In this document: piece by piece, positions 42,801-57,800 of the stretch
Position numbering within the stretch: the stretch's first letter is position 1
How the letters are laid out: every line of letters begins with the position of its first letter
Assembly (NCBI GenBank): GCA_040954595.2
Contig: CM082578.2
Coordinates: forward strand, 13,546,304 to 13,610,303
DNA length: 64,000 nucleotides
Direction: 5' to 3'
DNA from: Balanoglossus misakiensis
Lineage: Eukaryota; Animalia; Hemichordata
The notes under the pieces: generated by a model
Databases searched by the model: none
What the model was told of the DNA's origin: nothing
The model's input: only the letters and a program-made list of their open reading frames with translations
Translations under genes and position numbers: made by a program

Positions 42801-45800
42801 CACAGTGTCCATCATTCAGTTTGCTTTTGATCAGGTAATCAGTAATAGCTGTATATGATATGTTTTATGACATTTCTTAAGTTCTTATTATTGTACATAC
42901 CAAATTACCAAACTGCTTTTGTACAGTTCCTATAGAAAATTTCTGAAACCAAACTGATGTTATTCTGTTTGTAAATGGTAATACCAAGTGTGTTAAATCT
43001 AAGTGCAGTCATGCACAAAATACTACAAAGTGAAAAAATAGTGCTTCTATATCTTGCATATCACATATTCTGTTTATAAATTATTAGTTTCATAACACAA
43101 ACATTTTTCAGAACATTTTGTCGTTAAATCTGTATCACAGGCTTGCATTGTCTGCGATCTATATTTCTTTGAAGATTTCGGGAAATATTAAAAGTCACAT
43201 AAAGAGTGTGTTCTCACTTAATTTTCGTCTGTGTGCCCACTTCAATGTCAACTTGTAGACTATTTTCTGTGGGGTTTTTTTGTATCAATTTTGGGATAAC
43301 TCTTCTCATTAAGGTATATTACTCACTTTAGATGATGGACACTTGATATCACCATGGGTTGTTTTTTTTCCAGCAATTTGATCAATTTCTCATCAAATTC
43401 TTGTTTATTTGTATGGTACCCTTTCTCAGTGAGATTTAGGGTGATTTCTTTAAAAGGGATTTCTAGTGTGATGGTTGAAATTGATGGCAAACCAAAAACC
43501 CTGGGTAGTTGCTGGGAATGTAACAGTGTGCTTGGAAAGTTAACCAGCTTAGATTACATACATGTATCTGTGTGGACTGTACATGCAATAAACCTCTGTC
43601 AGTGCCAGATTAGCACAAGTTCACTGCTTGGTATAATTAACTAATCTAACCATAGACACTTGTATTTTGTTAGACTAGACCTACATGTACATGCATATAG
43701 CTGATTCCAGAGTCATATGGTTACATTCCCCATCTGGCCCAACCGGCCAGTATGAGTTGGCGACATTTCCTGGGATTTGAGAACCATCAATTCTTGTCAT
43801 CACAGTGAATGTTATAAGGTGTACTGTCTCTCCTCCTCAGTTTTCCTTCCCCTCGGTAGAACTGAAAACTAACTTTGGATTGGGGTAGTTTTTTAATTTC
43901 TGTGCATTCATAGTAGTAACGTAGTATTCTCCCCTCGGCCTATTCTTAACATAGATTGTAGATAGCGTTCTGTTACCACTAACTGTGCATATACTGTTTT
44001 TCCCAGTCTGAAATCATTTCCGTGAATCATTTCCAGGTTCCTGGATTACCTCTCAGATTTGTGCGTATCGAACAGCCAAGCCATACCTGTCACCCAGGAG
44101 TTGATCTGTAAAGCTGTACTGAGTCCAAAGAACCAGGATATTCTTATAGAAACAAGGTATTTAATTTTGACATTCAGTTGAAAACAATGCCTTTGATATA
44201 CTTTGTAAATAGAACTTTGACATTTGAAATTAACAGAAAGATTGGTTTGTTTTGACTGAATGGTGCATGCATGCATAAAATGTCATGTTGCAGATATGTG
44301 TTGAACTCTGTTGCAATACTTTGTGTCTACAGACTGGTGCGAACTCAAGTAGAAGTGGAAGTTGAGGTTGATGATGAAGGAGACTCTGAAGACATGGAAC
44401 CTATGGTTACAATTGAGGAAGAAGAGGATGTGGTTCTGTTTTGGGATAATGGATACAAATCCAAAGGCATCCGAGAATTGGCTCTAGGTGCCACGGAAAA
44501 TGTCAAGGAAGATTCTGATATTGTCATGTATTACAGGTAAATGTTGTATCCAAGGATGATATGGAAAAGGCCGGACACCTACCTGTTGCATGTGTATTTT
44601 TCCACAGTCCTGGAATGGTTTACAGCTGTGTGCATCATTAGCCAGGATGACTTAAACAGGGCATGGCATCACAGGTGACAATGTTGTTCTTACAGATACC
44701 AGTTGGACCTTTTCTCTAGGATGTGTTTAGACCGACAGTATCTTGCCATCAACAGCATCTCACCCCAGCTAGATATTGACCTCATCCTGCGATGCATGTC
44801 CGATGAACTACTGCCCTATGATCTACGGGCATCTTTCACCAGACTCATGCTTCACATGCATGTAGACCGTGATCCCCAAGAACAGGTCACACCAGTCAAA
44901 TATGCAAGATTATGGTCAGAGATACCAACAAAGATAACCATTGAAGAGTAAGTACTTTTCATGGAACAATCTCATATTTGAAGCTGTCTCGCTCGTGCAT
45001 AGTCTTGACGCACTTTTTTTGCGTCTGTGTGTGATCTGGGGCTTGATTGCTTGCGTTACTACAAAAGATATCTGCTGTTTGATATCAAGAACACTCACAG
45101 TGAATAATCAACAAATAACAAACCATGATTTGCAAAGTGTTCCACTATTACCCATCCACAAATGGTAACATTTTTAGTGAACTGAATGTGAATATGTTTG
45201 AGTACTTCCCTTTCTAAGAATCCCTTCATGATAGAGTTTATTAATTTCCTATATAAAGTAAGAAAAGTGTAGAAACATAAAAGACTTGTGTACTGATCAT
45301 TTACCATCCCCCTTTAACCTCCAATGAAGCTCAGCTTCCTAACTTTGTAAACTCGTTTTTCTTCACTGAATAATATCGAATGGGAAATTCGAAGACACTA
45401 CTCTCCATGTGCAAATGCCGAACCCTACTCCAACACTCAAAACTTAACAGAATCTCTCAGAATTAATTTCTGTAAGCTTGTTTGACCCACACCTGGATAA
45501 TCAGTTCGTTCCCATCCCATATTTCCCTTTCCCTACTTTCCCATTCTAAGCATTTTTCATCAAAACTTCTGCTCAGTTTGCTGTTTTTATATGCATCAAC
45601 TTCTGCCTTTTTTTGTATTTACGGATCAACTCCCATCGGTCCATTTTCACAGGTACTCTAAGTATCAGAGAAAGATATTTGCAGAGAAGTAAGACATTTT
45701 TACTTGAGATATTGTACCATCCACAATCATTTTTTCTCTCCATTCCCTGAAATGCTTGATCCACACCATTTCCATAATTCATATTATCATACTTGGTTTA

Positions 45801-48800
45801 ATCCAATTGTCCGCGTTTATTTTGTTTTCATAAACTTTTAATTACTGCACATATTTTTTAAAACTTAATGCATAATTTTGAGTTTTGAAGAGATTGACGT
45901 ACAATCTAGATGTAGTATCAGCATACCTACAGAGTCCCATATTTCTGGTAACTTCCTACATGAATGTTGTGCATTAAATCTCAAGTTAATTTGAACATAA
46001 AAAAAAACTTCCTTGAAAAACAAGTGACAATGGACGACTCAGAGGTGGTGTGATGATGTAGAATTAAAGATCTCTAAATTAATAATACGTTTGTCCTTAG
46101 AGAATTGTAGATTGTCTTTTCCCTCAACACATCGTGTATATAGAGACCTGTATTAATTCCCTTTCTACTAATACAACTTCAGAAAATATTGTAATGACTT
46201 GGTGACTAATTTTATCATTTATAAGTACAAAACAAAGGTTTGTAATTTTTTGTATTATTGTTATCGTAACCATGACAAAATCCTTCTATTAGAACTACAA
46301 TGTAACTGATAATACAGTTTATGACAGTTGACTCAATCATCATATAAAATGAACTGTAAGCTCACAACGTAAACTGTGTCCACAGTCCCTGACTAAATGA
46401 CAATGAAGCAAGTGCTGGCACTCAGTGATTACTGTATGGCTTCATATTCATAGTACGTTATACTGCAGCTAATACCTGTCTATCAATTGTTGCTACCTGT
46501 TGTTGAACCTGTCATTTCAGCATTGCTGACATTTCCTGTAACTACTGTACATGTATATGTCAGCCATTTCATACATGTATGTATTGCACATAGTGACTCA
46601 GAACAAGAAGAAATATTAAAATGAAAGTCATAAGCCCTTTTATGATGTTTACTTGTGCTGGGCAGTGCACAAAGTTTTGGGATATGATGTGCACACTTGC
46701 CACGGCCGCAAACCTTGTAACTGATTGGTGTATTCAACAGATGCAGCACTTGCAATATGCAGATTAATTTGACTTGTCAAAAAACTGCCAAGTCAGTTGG
46801 CCTACTCTTAATTTTCTGTCTTACCAAATGGTTACATACATGTACACCTGTACAAGACATTCTTGTTTCTACCCATACCAGTATATGTATTTATTGAAAT
46901 GCCAAGCTACAAATTTTGCTCTTTGAAGAATACGAAATTTCACCAGTCATTTTATCAGGTTTTTCTCGTTTATACCTTTCACCACCATGGTTCAGTCCAA
47001 GCCCATTGTTTTCTGTGGTAAGGTTGGACCTCTAAAGAGGGAACAGGGGGTGAAAGGGTTAAACTGAAGTCTTAACAAAGTTGACCTTCCAGTATATATA
47101 CCAGTACTAATCTAGCATGTGTTACCCAAGATCCCAATCCATTTCTGTTTGCTTTGAACTACATGTACATGTACATGTATAGCAAAAACATTTATTATTA
47201 AATCTGTAGGATATTGGAGAGTGAGGACTTTATACATGATATATATTTCTGTTGTTGATTGTAAAATCTGTCTCCATCTGAATAGCTATGACACAAACAC
47301 TCAGACCGGTCCCAATCTGGCCAAGGAAGAAGTGAAACCCAAATTCCATCAGACGATCTTGATGGTTGAAGACTACTTGTGTAATGTGGTTGGGTCCAGC
47401 TGGTCATTTGCTGACAAAGAACAGAATAAACTGACTTTTGAGGTATGTATGTGACTTGCTTCTACCTTCCACAGTTTGCAGTACTTCAGTGATGTCCAGG
47501 AATGATGAAATCGGAAAAGTGAGAGAGACATGTGGGATATATCTGAAAGGTAGCAATTGTATTTCCATAATTCACCATCCCATTCAATGTACGGTACACA
47601 AATCACGGCTGTTGCATTCACACACCAATGAACTCTTTTTGAGAAAACTTCAAGACGTCTTCAAGATATCCTCTTTTATGTCTTCACAGGTGGTAAACCT
47701 TGCCAAACATCTGATCTACTTTGGATTTTACAGTTTCAGTGACTTGTTACGACTCACTAAGACTTTACTGTCCATCCTAGACTGTACCCAAACAACCCCA
47801 GCGGGCATACCACTCAGTAAGCTAGACCAGAAAGCTATTGCAGAAGCAGGTAAGATAGAAACCTAATACATGTGTTTGAGCTTGCATTTTGCTCTTACAA
47901 AAGATGAATGTGAGTGTTTTATATGTGAAAAAATATATTGGAAGAGTTACTAATTCGTGGACCATGAAAACATCTTGTACTGTTGAAATAGGATCAAATC
48001 TTCAAACGTGTATTTTAATATCATACCATTGAGTTTCCCACTGTCAATTATTTGAAAATATCGTTTATACATAATCTGCTAATTATATAATATCATTCTC
48101 TCACACAACATCCATACATTATATGGACTCATGGAATCAATCCATTCACTGCTGATTATCAGTCAATGTACATGTATGTCTAACAAACCTCTGCTTTTTG
48201 TTGTTTTTGTCTCTGTGTTTCTGTCTCTGTCTCTCTCTGTTCGTCCGTCCGTCTTTCTCTATTCATATCTATGCAACTGCACAATGAACAGCGCCTCAGA
48301 AAACAGGTGTAGTAACAATGTTCTGTCTATGCTGTCCTGCATTTATTCTGTCCTGCATTTATGCTGTCCTGCATTTAGCATCCTCTCTGATTTCCTACCC
48401 ATGATGCACCATCTTGTCACATGTTGCTTGGAACATTCTGCTGTTGTCTAGATTTTGTATTAATGTAATGCCAGCCTGCGTTTTACAATAGGTCCTCTTT
48501 ACCTGGTTTTCAGTGAATACCGGTAGATCCAGTTTTTCTAGTGCCAATAATCACGGGGTTTTTTGAAATAGTGATGTAAATATTCCACAGTAGTGAAATG
48601 GTCCTTGTTATTTTGAACTGATTTTAAAGGAATGATTTTGAAAAAATGCCTTTAGATGTAGATTCTAAAACACCATAATATAGTACACCTACAATTTTCA
48701 ATTTTTCCTTAGATACAGAGAATGTTCTTTATAATGATAGTTTTTCCCTGTTTCTCCTTTGCATGGAGATCTTATTATGTCTTGTACAATGAAAATGGTT

Positions 48801-51800
48801 TGATTTTTGCAAAAGAAATGTACTGAACACTATGGTGTTTTTTTCAATCAACACACTTTTGATTTTCTGTAGACTGGATATTATGTTGGAAGTTATCAAC
48901 TATTAAAGTTAATCCAAAAGTTGCTTTTCAATACATTTTTATATGCAGCTCAAACCATTTCCACTGTAGTTGATCACTTCAAACCAGTATAGGTGATCAT
49001 AGATATAATAATAATGATAAATCTCTACTGAGATAGTACGGTACATAATGTGTTATGCATTATGCCACCACATCAGGATGCTTATCAAAGGCTAAGGTTA
49101 CACTGCCATGAATATTTCCAGGAATACTTTGTGGAAAAGAATGCAACTTTTTGGTGTACATCATTGAGCGCTTTGAGGAATGCAACATTTTGTTTTTAGG
49201 GGCAAACACGTGAATATAGGTAGTGATATATCAAGTGATGGGTGTAAAAAGGAAATGGCTGTATAAATGTACAAAAAATGTATTATTATTTGCATGATGT
49301 TAGTTACAGTGATGGTAAGTCTGTATGTACTCACTCATCCATGGTTTGTTTTTGTCTTTAAAGCCGCATTGTCTGTTTTCACCATTATGTCACCATCACA
49401 AAGAGGTGTAGTAATTTCAACTCATGTTTTGGACATTGTCAGTTTTTAACTGTTTGTGCTTAGTTGCCTTGATACATGTAGAACCAACAATCCTTTCCCA
49501 GACTTCAGAAACAGCAGATCTGTCTTCTGATTGGGTAAAGACAGAGGTGATGGGTCATTCATTCTTGGTTTAATAAATAAGAGGAATCTCTTTTCTGATT
49601 GGATTTCATAAGTGTCTATGACATAATTTAAATATTAAGATTGTCTATCTCTTTATTTTAAAGAAAGATGTAGAATTAGAGGTGCTTTTTAAGTAGTTGC
49701 CTTGATTATTTCTTGACTTTTTGTAGTTTTTCCATATACCAAGACAAAAATTAGCATCTTAGAACTCTGATTTTCCATATTTTGCAAAATTCTCTTTCCA
49801 CTCTAAAAGTTGTTACCGATAGTGAAACCTGCAACTCTTTTTTATTACTGTTATCCCATTTTTCTGTATATTGGTCTAGCTAGCAGTTTAGATGATTACT
49901 AAACTGCATAGAGATTTAGGGTGAATGCTCGTATTTTTTTTTCATATGACATACCGGTACAGTACATTCCTTTTCATTGTATTTCACTCATCACATACAT
50001 CACTCTCATTCGACGGGTATTCGTGTTTTTTAGTTTAATGCTTTCAGTATCACATCAAGACTACGTCTTCATTGTTCTCTAACAAGATATAGAACCTCGC
50101 AAGAGTAATTTGGATCATATTGATGACGTAATGACTTCTTTTCTAAATTGACAGCCAGCAAAGGGGGAGTACTCAAAGCCATACATGGTGCAGGGGCTGT
50201 GATGACCAACATGGTGCTGGGCAGCGGTGGAGTTATTCCAAATGGACCTGCGTCTGGTGGCACTCCAGGCAGTGCAAGCAGTAAAGCTTCATCCCCACTT
50301 CAGGCACAGAAGGAAGATGAATTAGTCATGGAAACTAAACTCAAGATTATTCAGATTTTACAGGTAAAAAGGCATTCTGCTGGGTTGTGCGAGTGTGTGT
50401 GTGTGTGTCTGGGTATCACTGTGTTGTGAGTTATGGATTTGAGAAGCAAAAGTCTAGATTCAGTTTTTTATTGGAGTACCAAGTTCCTTCTTTTGAAAAG
50501 ATGTCCTAGATTATCCAGATTTTACAGGTAAAAGGGGATTCTGCTGGGTTTCGCGCATGTGTGAGTGTGTGTGTGTCTGGGTACCATCATATGTAATGCA
50601 CCTGGACTTCGTAGATACAAAAATGACAAAATATTATTTTGCTTATTTTCAGTTCATTCTGAATGTGCGACTTGACTACCGCATCTCGTGTCTACTGTCG
50701 ATATTCAAGAGAGAATTTGATGAAAATAAAGAGAGCCAACAAGAAGGCAAACTACCTAACCTAAGTGCTGCAGATGGCAATGGTATTAATTTGGAAAAGA
50801 TTGGTGACGAAGCTGAAGATATCTTTGGTGGAAAGTAGGTATTTTATACTGCAAAAGACAAGATAAATGTTTGGTTATCAGAATTGCAAGTACATGTGTT
50901 CATAAAACCCAAACTTCATCTCTTCCTGTCTTAGTAATGCAAATGTACTAATGCGATACAATTTTATATTTCTTCTGAACAGTTCTGACCATGCAGACTT
51001 GGATCTTGATGGGCAAGGTGGACGTACATTTCTTCGTGTGTTGTTACATCTGACAATGCATGACTATCCACCGCTGGTGTCGGGAGCCCTTCAGCTTCTG
51101 TTCAGACATTTCAGTCAAAGACAGGAAGTTCTCAATGCTTTCAAACAGGTAGGCTCATTAGTAGCACCATTTAGTGGTAACTTGTTTTATCATCACATAT
51201 TTGAACTGTTCCCCTGTGAATGCCAGTAATTAGTTTTCCTGATTGAGATATTTTGGTGGTTTAATACAGTAGCACCCACTTCTATACCACAGAAAGACAT
51301 AAGGCAACACTCTCCCTTCTCCTCCACTTAAAGGCCCAGATTTCTTGATGTGAGCATTTCCATAGATGAAACAGCTAAATATTACATGTTGGGATTTTAA
51401 CCTTTGAACTTGACTTGATCGCCACAGGTCCAACTGCTGATATCTGCCAGTGATGTCGAGAATTACAAACAAATCAAAACGGACCTGGATGAACTGAGAC
51501 TACTTGTGGAAAAGTCGGAACTGTGGGTGTACAAGAGTAAAAGTAGTGGTGAGAAGAAAAAGAAAGATAAAGACAAGAAGGAAGGAAAAGAGAAATCAGC
51601 CGCTGGAGGGAGCGGAAGTGGAGGGACAAAGGAGAAGAAGAAAGCTGGGAAGGTGGGTCTTGATGGCAAGGTTGGCGCTGCATTCTCTCCATTCAAATTG
51701 TAGGAGATAATGAACAACAAGAAAATTCTCTGCCTTCAAGCTGGATAGTATTGCAATAGTAACTCTTTCTTTTAAAGAAAGAAATGCAAAAATTTCTGCT

Positions 51801-54800
51801 GAAATGATGTGTTAAGATTCAGTGAGTCAATTGTTGTTTCCTGTTTATTTTCTAAAATTGAGTAATGTAATTATAATAGTGGAAGCTCTTGGGATTTTTC
51901 CAGTGTTGTAATTTAAATTGAAACAGAATGTTTTTGTAATGAAATTGATGACTTTCCATGATATTTCTGTGTGATCTTATTTGGCAAGGTCAACCAGGGG
52001 GGGAGGGTGTTGAGTCAGAATAGAATATCTTTACACTTGCACCCAGTCACAAATCGTGTTCTTCATTTCTTCTGTTGTGCATGCTGTGCAGACACTGTCA
52101 TCATCATCAGTTGGGGAAGGGTCAGCCATTGACCTTGACCTTGGACCACCATTAGACTCCTCATCAAAAAAGAATTACAAGACAATCCAGGAGGTATGGT
52201 TTCAATACATCATTTCATCCATAGGCTGAATGTGGTGATCATAGCATGCGTTGAATTGCAATGCACATGGGATAGCGTGTTATTATTTTTATACATGTGG
52301 CTGTGGATTTAAGTTATGCATGTTTGTGCCAGCAGTTAGGTAATAACTTCTTCGATTATTTTATTCTATTTTGACTGTCATTTTCAAAAAAAAAAAAATT
52401 CCTGGATGTCATGTTAAATTTTAGAATATTCAAATCCCATGCTGTAATGCTTTTGTCATGTTGGGTGTATGCATGCACATACAAAATGTATTAGGCACCT
52501 GTATGTTCTAACATATGCATGATTACCAGTTTAGACAGATGATGATATCACATTGTCTACCAAACTTTCAATGTGCTTTGGGCAGTTGTGTGCTTATGGT
52601 TATAACGCACTATCAGTTTAGCTTAGTACATTTGCACATCTCCAGAGATGGTTCAGTATAATGAACCATGTGGATCACTGTCAAATGCCTCACAGTTTAC
52701 TTCACTGACAGATAGTTTCATGGAAATTTATGAGCAGTTTTCCTGAGACTTTGATGTATGGTGGACTATCACTAGTGCTATAAAGTTGGGTTTGGGTTTT
52801 TGGCAATATTTTACTATAGAATGTCACATGGCAGAGTGTGTCATAATACTTGTTTCATAAACATGTAAGAATAATATAGTAAATATGGATGTTTCTTGTT
52901 GTGTTAAACAGATCCTTGTGAGACTGAGTGGTTTGTGTGTGACTGACAATCCCAGTGGTAAAAAGAACAGAAAGCATGAACAGAGATTACTGAGGAACAT
53001 GGGCGCACATGCTGTGGTCTTAGAATTACTGCAGATACCATATGATAAGGTAGGCTCTCTTTCTGCCAGGTTTGGTTACATTGTGTATATGCTTGAAAAA
53101 GACATTTGGTGAGATTTTACTTAAATATGTGTCCAGAAATACAATGTACATGTAGATTCAAGTGAGAACAAAGGCATCTATTCTGTCAAGCTTGGTGATT
53201 GTAGGTGTAAATAAAATCCCAAGTATTGAAGGGATTAGGAAATTAACTTTGCTTTTTTTACAATGTTTAAATCTCTTACTCAGAATGAAGACGTCAGGAT
53301 GCAAGAACTAATGCGTCGAGCACATGAATTCTTACAGAATTTCTGTACAGGAAACCCATCAAATCAAGCATTGCTTCATAAACAGAGCGAACTCTTTCTT
53401 ACTCCAGGGGTAAGTCCTTTTCTACTAGGACTGCTATTTGTGGGTCGTTCAACCTTGATATCATTCAAAGTTTATTTCCCACTGGTGTCTGAGTGTGGAT
53501 CATTCAAATTTGGTCCATCCACATTTTTTTCAATAGGTATAACATTCTAATGGTTGTATTTTATTTTTGTCAGTTGCTGGAAGCACAAACAATGCGTCAC
53601 ATTTACATGGATAACGTGGCTTTGTGCAATGAAATCAACGAGAAGGTGGTACAGCATTTTGTGCACTGTATAGAGACCCATGGCAGACACGTGGAATATT
53701 TGAAGTTTTTACAGACAATTGTGAAGGCTGAAGGGCAGTACATCAGAAAGACACAGGATATGGTCATGGGAGAGGTCAGTTTGCACAAGAAATTTGGATT
53801 TGTAGCTTCATAAGAGTGAATAAAAGTAACTGTTTATTAAACTATATGTATCTCAATCCTGTGCAAAAATGACATCATCTCTGACTTGGTCATTTTTGGC
53901 ATGTTAGAAATTTTGTTCTTCATACTTAGACATGATTGTAGTGATCATATTACTTGCATGTATACTCTTATGGTATTAGCTTTATTGTGTACTTGCAAAA
54001 GTGGAATCTGACTTTCAGTATTAGGAGCAAAAACCCTTGTGGAGAGTGGCAAGTTAGTGATGGATCTCACAGGCTGTTCACAGCAGCAGTTATACTGCAA
54101 ACTTCAACTGTTTAATAGCATTGGCTCACTGTAAAGGTATCCTCTAAACAGTGACTCATTCAGAATTCACTTGCATTATATTTTTGTTGCTCCAAACCGC
54201 AGCTTGTGAATGTGGGAGATGACGTGTTGCTATTCTACAATGACAAGGCGTCGTTCCAAAGTCTGATCGACTTGATGCAGTCTGAGAGAGAACGCATGGA
54301 GGGTGACAGCCCTCTCTTGTATCACATCAACTTGGTGCAGTTGCTGGCATGCTGTACAGAAGGCAAGAATGTCTACACAGAAATCAAATGCCATTCGCTT
54401 CTGCCATTGGATGATATCGTCAGAGTGGTCACCCATCAGGATTGTCTCCCTGAGGTGAGTGTTTCATCTTGTTGTTATCAAATTCAGATCCCTCCTTGTT
54501 TAGACTTTTTTCTGAACAGGTTTTTGCTGATGTTGAAAGCAACTAAGTAATGTAAATTTTATCAATCTTGTATTTTTTTTTTGTCTCTGACAGGTGAAAA
54601 ACGCATACATCAATTTCCTCAATCATTGTTATGTTGACACAGAAGTTGAAATGAAGGAGATCTACACAAGTAATCATATGTGGACTTTGTTTGAGAACTT
54701 CTTGGTTGATATGGCTTTGGTAAGTCTTTGTCAATTTAGCCCCAGATCTAAAACATCACATTAAGTACCATAATTGCTTAGGTAATGATAGCAAAAAGAA

Positions 54801-57800
54801 TGCACACTTTGAAAAGATTTATACAAATTATTTTGCCTGTGTGCCTGTGTACATTAAAGTGTGTAGAATTGCCTTGTCTGTCAGTTCTTGAACACATACT
54901 TATGCTGTTCGCTATTTAGACAGGAAATATTGTGGTTCAATTTCAGGTGTGTAATGCTACCCATGACAGGAAACATGCTGATACCATGTTAGAAAAATAT
55001 GTGACAGAAACTGTCATGAACATTATCACTATGTACTTCAATTCACCATTCTCTGATCAGAGTACCACAGTCACCGTAAGTACCATGAAAGTATAACATC
55101 CTTTGTGAATCAAGGTCAGGTTATTTCACCTCATGCGTTATTCCAGTTTTGTGATTGGTTGAGATATGATGTACTCGCATGATTTGAGAAGAGTATAGCT
55201 CTGCCACGTGCAGTGATATTTCCAACAAGGCATTAATACTTGATGATAATAAGTTGGTGATCCAATGCCACCAAAATTGTTTCAAATCATTTGTTCACAG
55301 ACTCGCCAGCCCGTATTTGTTCGTCTCCTGCAAGGTGCATTTAGAGTCTCACAATGTTCATGGTTGTCCGGACAGCAGAAATTCCATGTGGAGAACTGTA
55401 TCAAGACGTTGACAGATATGGGTAAACATAATTGAATTTTTATTACAGCCAATCAAAGTACTTGAAAACTTGGAATCTTACTGTGTGTTTCATAGAAACA
55501 ATTTGTTGCATAAACTTGAGTGCTCTACTCAATTCCTTGTAGGAGGAAATCTTGATGCGCTGTTACGTCGGTTGTGTTGCTATTCGTCCATTCATCTTGA
55601 TCTTGAACTAATGTATCACTGCAGAATTTCATATGTTGAACTCTATCTGCACACAGAACAGAACATATTCATTTTACAGTCACTCAAACATCCTGTACAC
55701 ACATACACATATTTCGGTTCAATTTTCCCGCTGAGGCTTGCTAGTTGCCTAGTATCACGCTCAGGCCGATCTCCATTGTGTGACCCAAAAGCCTGTTCCA
55801 TGCATACATGTACGCTACTCTAACTAACATTCAGTGACACTCCCTAGTCCCTACCAATGTCTTGTCTGTCTGTCAGCTCTGTTTCTGTGAACACAGTGTT
55901 CGTTTCACATCTTACATGCTTTTCAAGTTTCATCTTCCAGCTGTAGATTAGAGTCTGGCTCCATGTAGTCTATGACATAGCCTTTGTTTGCAGAGTTTAA
56001 TAGCTATTTGCCAACATGATTGGAGTCCTGCAATATTATGCCACCTGATCACATTCACTGATGACTTTAATATGCCATCGCTAACAGAATCCCACCCTAA
56101 CACCTTTTCACAATCTTGATTTATCATATCTGTTTTCTTTCAACTCTGTCTATCAACTAATAAGCTATAATATGTTTTTGATTCACGAAGTTTCCACCTG
56201 TTCTCTTAACTACACACAACCAGTACTTGTTTGAAACCTGTACATCTATGTCTTCATACACAATATGATCCGTGTACGGTACATACAAAACCATCACTGT
56301 CACAGTTTCCATGGTTACTGCCCTAGAACATGATCCACTGTGTCTAGATTGTAATTTTGGCAATGAAAATGGCACCATCTAATATACTTTGTGTGATTCT
56401 CAGTTGCATGATGTTTGATAACTTTCATTTTTTATGCAGCAAATGATTTCCATGAATCCTCACCATATCCATTGATTCATCCATGAAAGTCAAATGGCAT
56501 GGTTATTGTTTTTGTTGCTGTATTTAAATTGTTCTAGAATTCTTAAAATATGTTTGTTGTAATTGGTAAATTCAAGAACGATCTTGGATCTAATTTTAAG
56601 GCAAAAATTGTATTAAACATCTGGTCAGTCAGCTAGTATTATACTCATTTTTGGTTTAAAAACTGGGACGTTATCTTGAAATTAGATCCTTGATCAGAAT
56701 TAAACATTTATTGACATTTATTAACACTTAAACTCTGGGAATGTTGCATGTGTCAATGGTTTGCAGTGTTTTAACGCAGTAATGGTGAATGCTTGTTATC
56801 TCATAATGCATCGGTACTCTCTTACTCAGCCAAGAATCGTGGCATAGCTATCCCCGTTGACCTTGACAGTCAAGTCAATACGCTGTTCTCCAAGTCCCAA
56901 ATAGTCATGAAACACTCCAGACATTGGCTAAGTCATGGTCGACATAGACGAGATTCTATGATGGCCATATCCCGGGACTATAGAAGCATCATTGAAGGTC
57001 TTCAGGTGAGTCTTGCTTGTGATTTCTTTGCTCCAGTTGTTGTAGCCAGTTTGAGCACCATTTTATTGTTCAAATACCAACTCAGGAACTGTATAATTAA
57101 TTGTGCTTTTTTCATAAAGAGGGTGCCCTTCCAAAACATGGTGTCATCTCCAAGCAGACAACCTGAAAATGAGGCCAGTAGGTCACAGAGTACTGCTCGA
57201 GCTCGGTTTTAGTCGCATATGCATGTAGAATTCATGAGAAATACACTATGTAGCTTTGTTGGTTGCAGTGTTACCCCTGAATAGAAGTCAACATTTTGAA
57301 GATGTGAGTAAGGGGAAAAGTGTACATGTAGTTAGCTTGAAGACCAGCTGCAACTTTAAAAGGAGGTGATAGCTTAGAATGTTAGCTGTTTGAAGTGAAA
57401 ATTTTCAGGAACAGTTAGCAAAGCTATTGACCATACAGCCAGAATGAGAAGATCATTACCAATGAGTTACATGTAGTTTGAAGACCAGAAGGATCAATGT
57501 AACAGCATGTAGCAGTTTAGCAGTAAGCTGAGCATAACACTTCCCAGGTAGGAGATTAGAAGAAACAGTTGGACTTGCTGAAATTACGTTAAGAAAGGTC
57601 GCTCAGTCAACTAGGTAATTATGCATAAGATTTCCATCAAATATAGTAGCTTACATGGTATGTGTAGACAGTTTTAGAGGTTTTACCTTACACCCAATGA
57701 TTGGCCACAAAATGAATTGACAAGAAACATATTTGCATGCAGTGGTAGCTTTTGATGTCAAGACATTTCATTTGCAAGAATGATTGAAATTGTCATTTGA

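Noticed and set aside
45300-45790. Possible decayed retroelement fragment on the - strand
   Set aside because: Composition differs from the flanks, but there are many stops and no RT or endonuclease motif was recognised.
47210-47220. 11-nt AG..GT-bounded block before exon 19
   Set aside because: Not a multiple of three; it would shift the frame.
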